The notes below the pieces were generated by a model. That model did not search any database. It was not told the origin of the DNA and worked only from the letters and a program-made list of their open reading frames with translations. From Eledone cirrhosa (lineage: Eukaryota), in assembly GCA_964016885.1 (NCBI GenBank), contig OZ024762.1:10354001-10418000 (forward strand): a stretch of DNA of 64,000 bases, given 5' to 3'. A program made the translations under genes and the position numbers. Shown here piece after piece: positions 53,643-64,000 of the stretch (its first letter is position 1; every line of letters begins with the position of its first letter).

Positions 53643-55413
53643 ATTTACTCAGTAGAGTTGCGCTCTGTGCATGGCGCTGCACGTAACGTTTCGCGCTTCG
53701 CTGTCGTACTTCGGTATGGCATAATCATTCTATGTGTCTGAAGATCGAATCGTTGCGGCGGCAGCCCCGCTCTATGCTGGCCGGCGTCCCCGCCTCGCAT
53801 TGAATTTTTACTAAAAAATTCGCCGTTTGAATTACTTGCCCCTGATTGGAACTCTTCTCGTTTGTTGTCATTCTTCTTTATTGAATTAAACTGTTAACAT
53901 CGTTTGGATTTACTCGTGTAATTTGATAGAATCAGTCTGGATATTATACTAATGGTGAGAGGTATGTAATGTTTTATTTACCGTATATACACTCACAGAC
54001 ATACATTATTCTATATGCCTTTCATCCTTATGGGGTCGATAAAATAAAGTACCAGTAATGCACTGGATAATTGCTGGCCTTGTGCCAAAAGTAGAAACAA
54101 TTATTCTATATACAGAAAGATTCTAGAGACGTACATATTGTTTTATTTAAACCTAAATACACACACAAAACTAGATTTATATATTTATAAATGTTCTTTA
54201 GCTGAGGTAAAATACCCTCTAATTTACCTATACGAACGCTTTATTTGCCATGTATATTTTAATTCATTGCTAAACACTCGAAAATACAGTCTTAGATATA
54301 TATTAACATTCTTTAGTGATTGCATTCACCTCTATAATCCATACACTGGAAGAAACGTTTCCTATCTAGATCAATATACACATATAAAGCTACATTTATA
54401 TATACACCTTCATTCTTCTAAAGAGGTATGTAATGTTTTAGTTGTCCCTTAAATTCATCGATAAACACGTAGTTATTCCTGAGACACAAGAATATATTCC
54501 ACTATCCTTCATATACAGGAGGAATGTTAGAGACGTATATGTATAATATAACCGTCTTTTTACTAAGAATAATAACTAAAACCCCTTCATACTCAGGAAA
54601 ACTAAACATTCTATCTACATACACCGCCTTCTGTCTTATTCATAGTGGTACATTGTTAGAAGTAACTAACTAAGCCTTCTCTCGAAACTATCATTGCATA
54701 TTTTAAAATCCACTTCTTCATATACTATATTTAGGTTTAATCAATACATATATTGATGATTGGAATCATGGTCTTAAGATTACCCAAATCGATACTAACT
54801 ATTACAAATACAGATCTCTCTAAGGCTATGTTACCTACATATTAATTGTTCTGAAAAGATGCATCAGTCTTCTCCTCTATGGAGCAGAAACGTGGCCCCT
54901 CACAAAGACGATTGACAGCAGTGCCCTGAGGACCATCACAGCCTTAGTCTCGTTCAACGCAGTAGCACCTGGTCGGCTCTACTCATGATGATGCCGGTCT
55001 AGTCTAACAAGAATAGATGTACAAAATACTCGAATATAAGGAAAATGTTATAAATAAGTATGCCTATTTGACTCTGTAGAATTGCGGTTTGTGCGTGGCG
55101 CTGCACGTAGCGTTTCTGGCTTCGCTGTCGTACTTAGGTATGGCATGACCACTCGATCGTGTCTGAAGTTCGAATCGTTGCGGGAGTCGGCCGGGTCCAC
55201 AGCAGGCTGGCCTACTCTCCCCCACGCATGAGTTTTTGCCAAACAATTTGACGAGAGTTATCTCCCCTTAATTTGAATTATTTTCCCTTTGTTTACATTG
55301 AACTACTTCCGGTTTGTGGAACTCTTCTTACTTTGTTGTCATTTCTTTTCAGTGCATTGAAGTGGTAACATTCTACTTACTTGGATTTTACGTTCGTGTA
55401 AAGAGGTATGTAA
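53643..55413 (+). promoter_or_regulatory. CpG-rich modules A' (53643-53968) and B' (55053-55413)
   Basis: Duplicates of copies A and B. Confidence 0.45.
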
Positions 55414-58400
55414 AGTTTTATTTGCCCTATATACACACACATTGTTGAGACACAAAAGTAAGTTGCCATGTCTTTTAAAGAAACAAAACTAAATATATAC
55501 ACGCAGCTACCTCTTCTAACTAAACATACATGTTACCCTCCTCTATTATGAAACAAAACTAACCATGATCTGTATATATACACACCTCTTCTAACATGTT
55601 ACAACTAAATCTTCTCTCGATACTATATACATACTTGTAAGGAAATATAACCAAGCTTCCTCTCTATACACATTTTATCTTCTGTATATAAACCTTATAC
55701 CTGAATACACACACAGATATTCTATATACAAGAAGACACTTTTTCACGTAAATACACAAACACTTCAGGCATATTTATGTATTTGCCGTAAATTTATTCT
55801 AAACCATGTAGAGGAAGAATCCTGGGGACATACGTACACATGAAGCTATATTCATATATAAACGGTCTCCCTTCTATCATAACAGATACTTATGAGGCGC
55901 AATATACAAACTTGTTCATACTGGAATAATAGACATGAAACTAAACCTTCTCTAGACATATGAATATAGAAGCTAAACCATAGTTATATTTTATATCTAA
56001 CGAAGCATGGTAGCTCCATTACTCTGCCGTAAGACTCCTTACTACTACTTCTAGCATCCTCACCTACTTGATAGCTACATCATCCATATATAAACGTTCT
56101 TCACTAGATACAAAACTAAACCTTTATATATACACAACTAACCTATTTTATATTCCTAAGGAACAGCACCAGACCTGGAGACTACTACAACCCTATCTCC
56201 AGAAAGAAAGGTAAATAAATTGTGAAATAAAAGAATAAACCAGTATTTTCCTTTGTTGCCTTATTATTTACTCCCTGTATATATACACACACACACTAGA
56301 CACCTCTTACACTGTAGGAAGACAAAAACCTTCTGTCACTGTATACTAGATTCATATTATATAAATTATTTCCTAGATACACACCTATTAGAAACAAGCC
56401 ATCTCTATATACAGGTAAATAGCATCAATGTAGACATGTCTGTATATAAGAAACTGTATTCTATAGAATATATCTAAACCCACATTGTGTGTGTCTCTTT
56501 AAATTATACACGTGTATGTAGAAAGCTGGAAGTGAACATCATACATATATAAGATAAGAGGTTTTGATCTGTACATACATATCAATACATCCTCGCTAGA
56601 TACTACACATACGTCTCTTAGGAAACTACTACTATTGTTCTTTTAGTTGTGTATAAGCATCTCATAGTAGAACGTGTACATGCTTCCTAAGAAGCAAGAG
56701 AGCTAACTGTTCTCCTCTAGACAGGCATACTGACCATATAAATACTTTTGTGTATATAAAGCATATCTTCATTGTAAATTTAGAAGTTACACTACACAGA
56801 TATAAAGACAACAACCTACATACATATTAATACCCTTATATCTCTAGACTACTGTATTATATAAATATAGCTAAGGAATTAAAGATGTATGTATGTGTAT
56901 ACATATATACAGACATACGTATGTATGTATATATACATACGTGTGTATACATACGTATATATATATATATACTTACGTATGTATGTATACATACATATAT
57001 ATGCATACGTATGTATGGATACATGCATACATATGTATGTATACATACATATGTATCCATACATACGTATGCATATATACATACGTATGTATGTATATAT
57101 ACATACGTATGTATAAATATATACATATGTATGTATACATACATATACATTCGTATGTATGTATACATAGACGTATGTATATATAGATACATGCATATGT
57201 ATACATACGTATGTATGTGTATATATGCATACGTATGTATATATACAGACATATGTATGTATATATACATATGTATGTATGTATATATACATACATATAT
57301 GTATGTATACATACGTATGTGTATGTACGTACGTATGTATATATATATATGTCTATATACATACGTATGTATGTATATATACATGTATGCATACATGTGT
57401 ATGTATATATAATATGTATATATACATACACATGTATATATACATACGTATGTATATACATACGTATATATATACATACGTAGGTATGTATATATACACG
57501 TCTGTATGTATGTATACATACATACGTATATGTACACATACATACATATGTATATATACATACATATATATGTATACATACATACGTATGTAGACATATA
57601 CATACGTACGTATGTATATACATATGTATACATGCGTATGTATATATATATGTATGTATGTATACATACGTATGTGTATATACATATGTATATATATATA
57701 TACATACGTACGTATGTATGTATATATACATATGTATATATATACATATGCATGTATATATATATACATATGTATGTATATACACATGTATGTATATACT
57801 TACTTGTATATATACATACGTATATATACATATATATATATATAGACATATGTATGTATATATATAAACATACATATAGCTAAGGAGTTGAACTTTTTTC
57901 TCTAGATAGAGATAAGTATGTGTATTCTATAGGATACTATTACCTTAAAACCACCTGTATATATACACTTACTTCTATAGAATCCATACATATTAACACC
58001 CTTCTATCTCTAGGCATATGTATACAGACAGAAAGAAAGAAATGGCCTCACTATAATACTGCATTATATACACTACTTTCATGAAAGATGTTTCAAACTG
58101 AATTCATACTTCTATTCCTATATACATACTGGGAGAGATATAGAATACAAATTTATTCTATATACAGAAGGAAATAAACTTACGTATATATACACATTAT
58201 AAATGTTTATAATATGAAACTTCTTTATTAATACCTCTATCCCTATATACTTACTGGTAAGTATGAGAGAGATATAGAATATCCACATAACCCTGTATAT
58301 ATAGATATTATAACCTCTTACAGGAGATATAGAATACCTATATACACAGAAAGAAATAAACTTGCTAGGATTACTGTATTATATATATATACATACAGTT

Positions 58401-59254
58401 TCCATTCTCAAAGAAACTTTTCTATAGCACCACACTTACTTCTTTCAGTAAGAAGGATGTTTCTTACTGGGATTCTATAGTGTACATACACATTAATTAA
58501 TCTATTCTATATATACACTTCTTTCAAGAAGGATGTTTCTCACTAATTACATAATAATTGAATTCTCTCGCATGTTAATACCTTTTTATCTCTAGGCATG
58601 TGTTTAACAATCCACTAGTTATATATACACAGCTGTTAATTCCTATATATTTAATATGAATGAAAGTTAAACGATCTACATGTAAGATACTACCTGTGTA
58701 TATATATAAGAAACAAAAATGTGAAATAAAGATCAATAAATAAACTACATTTTGTTGTTGGAGTTATTTTATTTCTTGAGACGACTGTGTGTATTTACAC
58801 ACTGAGTTGAGCTGGCGGAGATCTTCAACATACCTGGAAAGAAGCAGAGGGTATTAATAAAAACAATCCAGATTACACAGCTCTAACACCAATACTTTTT
58901 TAGAGGCAGAAATTAAACCTCTTTATCATGAACAGTTTAGTTTCTTAGGAGAGTGGGTATAGGGATGTGAAATACAGTTTCTTATATGCCTCTAGATAAG
59001 GCATTACTGTATATATGGGTTTTTTTAATTATAGAGAAGGATAGTAAATATAAGCCTTCTAGATGTTACAGAGGAGTCTCTACATACAAAAAGTAGATTC
59101 TTTGCTGCGTACACACAATATCTAGTAGTAAGTTTCTATATATATATAGAAGTGTATTATATACACACATGTGTACAATATTTATATAACAAGGCAGTGT
59201 ATTCTATAAAAAACTGTATGTATGGGGAGTTTTTTTCCTCTATTGAGAAGGATA

Positions 59255-62205
59255 GTGCTGTGCTCCCGCAAAGGGTGCTCTACGCCTTGGCCGACCAGGC
59301 CCGAAACCCAGGTTAATTAGACTGTCGTTTTCAAACTCAACTGAGGCACGTTCATACCTTGTAGCCTCTGATAAAGCTAGGCGTGAAAGTCGGATTGCTT
59401 TCCGAACACGCCCTGGTCTTCCACCTGATGTCCGCCCAAAGTTGCGTGCTGCAGCTTCCCTAAACCGCAGCTCGGCAGAACATGAAAGCTTCAGCCTACG
59501 AGATGTTGGGCAGATATGGAAGTTTGTTAAGGCTGGCGAATCATGGAAAAGAGACACCAGCTGGTCTGAAAACACGTTCGGTCAAATCTGTCGGCAATTC
59601 CTTGTGCTGATTTGAACCAATCACAGCAGGAAGTTTTTTTCTGCGATATACGTATGACCATGTCAACACTGCTACTTGGAGTCGTTTACCGTCCCCCAAA
59701 TTACCATCAGGACACTCAACTTTGTGATATCCTCAGAGCTGCTGCCAGGAAGACAGCCACTTATGTTTTCATTGCAGGTGACTTCAATCAGCCTGAGATT
59801 GACTGGGAAACCTTTCGTTGGCCGCCAAGTGCAAATGACTTCCTTGAGCTGGTGCTGGACTCGAGTTGGTCCCAGGTGGTCACCTCCCCAACGAGAGGTG
59901 ACAACACTTTGGACCTACTCTTCACCACTACTCCTGAAACGGCCATTAGTGTTACTGCTGAGGAACCTTTAGGTGACTCTGATCATGCTATGATCATTGC
60001 CAATCTATCCCTCATGGGCAGTGACAAGAACCACAACCATCTCCAAAGTGCTCACTTTGACTGGAATAAAGCAGACTGGAACTGTTACTGCACCGAGTTG
60101 CAATGGCCAAACTGGCTTGAGTTCTACGACTCTGGAGATGTCAACACTGTACTCCAGAACATCCTGAGCAGCATCGGTGCCACGTAAGCGGAAAAAACAT
60201 CCCAAAAGCGCAATTTGGGAGACTGCAGCAGTCTGTCTTGCCAGAAAAGAACGGCGCAATGCTGAACGTGAGTACAAACTTCACAAATCAGACATTAATA
60301 GGAAGAGGCGAAATAGATCGTCCAACCACCTCAAACAGGTGACAAAAAAGGCAGTGCTTCAATTTGAGCAGCGCATAGCAACCAGCCCTGACAGTAAGGT
60401 GTTCTGGAAGTATGTTCACTTAAAGCAGAGGCCTCACTCTCCAGTTGGTCCTCTTCGCAATCCCCACACAAGCCATGCGCAGAGCTCATTGCTGAATGCT
60501 ATTCAGGCATTTTCACTATTGAAGACCAGAGTGTACCATCTCCACCACCTATGACACCGGACTCTATTACAACCATGGAATTTACACCTGCAATGCTGCG
60601 ACGTCACCTAAAAAATCAACGCAACCATGCCTCTCCTGGTCTTGATGGTGTTACGTACCTGCTTCTTAAACGTGGTGGGTACTTCCTTCTACACCAGTTA
60701 TCATGCTTCTTCCAATTCTGTCTGAACAACGGTGCTACTCCAGAACAGTGGAAAACTGCCAGTGTCATTCCTCTGTTCAAAAAGGGTGACCGCACATCAC
60801 CTGTAAACTATCGTCCAGTCAGTCTTACTAGTTGCATCGCCAAACTGATGGAATCCTGTGTCAGAGAAACACTTTGGAACTTCTGGAGCTCTCACAGTCT
60901 TATCCGGCCCTTGCAATTTGGATTTATCCCCAACTCCAGCTGCTGTGATCAACTTATAGAGTTTCTTGAGGACATCACCCGGATCACTGATGGCGGCTCA
61001 TGGGTGGATGTTGTTTACCTTGACTTTGCGAAGGCCTTCAATTCTGTGCCACACAAAAGGCTTATGGCAAAACTCTTTGCAATGGGTGTGAAGGATGATC
61101 TTTTTAACTGGTTGAAGTCCTTCATTCTCAGTCGAAGAGAGGTAGTCACGGTTCTGGGACAGCATTCCTCACCATATGAGATGTCATCTGGTGTACCACA
61201 GGGATCTGTTCTTGGCCCCCTTTTGTTTGTGGCATATATTAATGACATAGATGCCAACTTAAGGAATGCCACAGTACTAAAGTACGCAGACGACATCAAG
61301 CTGTACCTTGAGATAAAAAGGACAGATCCTGAACACTATAGATCTTGCTTGCAGTCTGACCTGGACACAATACAACAATGGATCTCAGACTGGCAACTCA
61401 AGCTAGCTGTGGACAAGTGCACCACCATACATTTTGGGAGTAAAAACCCAGCGTCCACATACTCCCTCCACAGCACTCATATCAAGAAGTCTTCCTGTGA
61501 ACGTGACCTGGGCATTACGGTCAGCAGCGATTTGCGTTGGACGAGGCACGTCTCTAAAGTTGTCAAGAGGGCCGAGGGTGTCTTAGCATCACTCAGCAAG
61601 ACCTTTGTCAGCCGCTCTCCAGATATCTATTTAAGGCTGTATACAGGCTATGGTGCGACCACACTTAGAATTTGCATCACCAGTCTGGAACCCCTATCTT
61701 GCTCAGGACATTGACCGCCTGGAAACTGTTCAGAGACGTGCAACCAAGCGAATACCCTCCATCAGGCATCTACCATACTCTGAGCGCCTTGCTTCCCTGG
61801 GCATGGATTCATTGAAGCTCCAACGTCTGGCAACTGACTTGGTAAACCCCCACAAAATTGTTAACCATGTTGCCAACAACAACCCTGAGTACCTTTTTGA
61901 TTTCCATGTGTCTAACACACGTGGACATGCCCACAAAGTAAGAAAACAGCACAGTTCCCATGACTTTCGGAAACATTTTTTCACGCTCAGAGTTGCTGAA
62001 GCATGGAACAAACTACCTGCATCAGTTGTTAGCTGTCGAGACACTGCATCCTTTAAGGCCTCCATGCTTCCCAAGATCCGCCAACACTACAGCTAACACA
62101 TACACACATGTACTTCCCTGACATTTGTGTATTATTCTATGTACTATATTGACGAGTTGTAGTGCACCTGAGCACTTTACACAATAATTTCATTATTATT
62201 ATAAT
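59255..62205 (+). mobile_element. CR1/L2-group LINE (duplicate)
   Basis: Same structure; keeps YADD but has a 20-bp deletion at about 60169 that frameshifts the endonuclease-RT linker. Confidence 0.93.
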
Positions 62206-62839
62206 GTCTTCTACATACAAAAAATAGATGCCTTGATAAAATATCCAGAGTTTTATGTAAGTATCCTCGGGAAAAGTAGTAGAGAAGAGTGTTTTAACTT
62301 TGCCTTGTGTGTATGTAGATGCTGCATATATACGATACTTCGAAGTAAGTGTGTTTATGTATAGAGAGAGGGTCTGTATTCTATATACTACAGTTTCTTA
62401 TATAGCTCCGGATACTGTGTATAATGAGGAGATATACCTTTCTTCTAAGTAAGTATATACAGAGAAGGTGTAATAGAGATACGATTATAATATAAATATA
62501 TAGTTGATATGATGTGTGCAAGAGAGAATGCTGAGTTGGAGTAAAGGTGGTGATGCCGAGGTAACTCGACGTAGAAATTACGATGCTATAAGGTATAGAG
62601 AGGAAAGTAGCATGTATGTTTAGTTAGAAGAGGTAGCTGCGTGTATATATTATTTGTTTTGTTTTGTTTCTCGGAAGGAGGTTTAGTTCTGTGAAGAGTG
62701 TTTAGACTAAATTTAAAAGACATGGCAACTAAAACACTACAAGAATGTATTTATATTGAAGAATTAAATGTATGTATATTTCCAAGATAGTGAAATGTAT
62801 TTTTGTGTCTCAATAATATTCGTGAGTGTGAATAAAACT

Positions 62840-63240
62840 TTACAAACCTCTTTACACGACCGTAAAATCCAAACCGGTATCGTTAATAGTCCCAGAGTAA
62901 GTAGAATGATGTTACCGCTTCAATACACTGAAAAGAAATGACAACAAAGTAAGAAGAGTTCCACAAACCGGAAGTAGTTCAATGTAAACAAAGGGCAAAT
63001 AATTCAAATTAAGGGGAGATAACTCTCGTCAAATTGTTTGGCAAAAACTCATGCGAGTGGGAGAGCAGGCCAGCATAAAGCCAGCCTGCTGTGGTCCCGG
63101 CCGACCCCCGCAACGATTCGAACTTCAGACACGATCGAGTGGTCATGCCATACCGAAGTACGACAGCGAAGCCAGAAGCGCTACGTGCAGCGCCACGCAC
63201 AAGCCGCAATTCTACAGAGTCAAATAGGCATACTTATAGC
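62840..63240 (-). promoter_or_regulatory. CpG-rich module C'
   Basis: Duplicate of copy C; intact C-TTCG-G hairpin at 63146-63165 on the minus strand. Confidence 0.5.
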
Positions 63241-64000
63241 TAACATTTTCTTTCTTTTTTAAAAAAAAAAAGAAACGGAAAGAAAGCGAGATAACACGAC
63301 ATATTCCGAGTGTTATCTCGCTTTCTTTCCGTTTCTCTCTATATATAAATATAACGGGATATATAGCAATTAAGGAACTACTAGTATTTTGTACATATAT
63401 AACGGGATATACACGAATAGAAGCCAGGGAATATGTAGAAAGGTGTTGACTTATATAGGGAGTCAATAGTTTAACCGTTTTCGCCAACTACAAATTCTAC
63501 GTAAATAAGATTCGGATTTTTACCCATTTCTCAGACATAAGATAGGGAGGAGGGTCACCTTATATTCGAGTATTTTGTACATATATTCTTGTTAGACTAG
63601 ACTGGCATCATCATGTGTTGAGCCGACCAGGTGCTACTGCGTTGAACGAGAGTAAGGCTGTGGGCTGATGCGTCACTCCGTTGGAAACGTGGTGGTCCCA
63701 TCTGATGTTTTAGATGGTCCTCAGGGCTCTGCTATCGAAGCTGTCAATCGTCTTTGTGAGGAGCCACGTTTCTACAATTAATATGTAGTTAAATATACTT
63801 CAAGATGGTAACATAGCCTTAGACAGATCTATATATGTAATAGTTAGTGTCGATTTGAGTAATCTTAAGACCATGATTCCAATCATCAATATATGTATTG
63901 ATGAAACCTAAATATAGTCTGTTCTAGGCTTCTTACCAGTTTCTTTGGAATTAAGTGTCTGAGAGTATAGGACGCTGAGTGTACTGGAGAAATGTGAAAT

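Overview
AT-rich eukaryotic DNA with no intact host protein-coding gene. Nearly all ORF-track entries are (TA)n/(CA)n artefacts. The repeat make-up (very long TA microsatellites, RTE and CR1 LINEs, tRNA-derived SINEs) suggests an octopus or other cephalopod genome; this is inference. There is a 200-N gap at 16216-16415. The segment 16416-35361 is repeated in direct orientation at about 42700-64000 (offset 26.3-28.7 kb). The most striking signal is a dense set of type I hammerhead-ribozyme motifs: about ten canonical or near-canonical, plus degenerate and half copies. They lie in short elements inserted in (TA)n, many forming long near-perfect fold-backs. One lies downstream of a Penelope-type GIY-YIG remnant, and one 0.83-kb fold-back is present in only one duplicate. 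Other observations: three minisatellites grown from RTE coding sequence, an RTE reverse transcriptase with an internal PHD-type finger, and a six-copy CpG-rich promoter/first-exon-like module with a UUCG hairpin, arranged convergently and showing signs of gene conversion.
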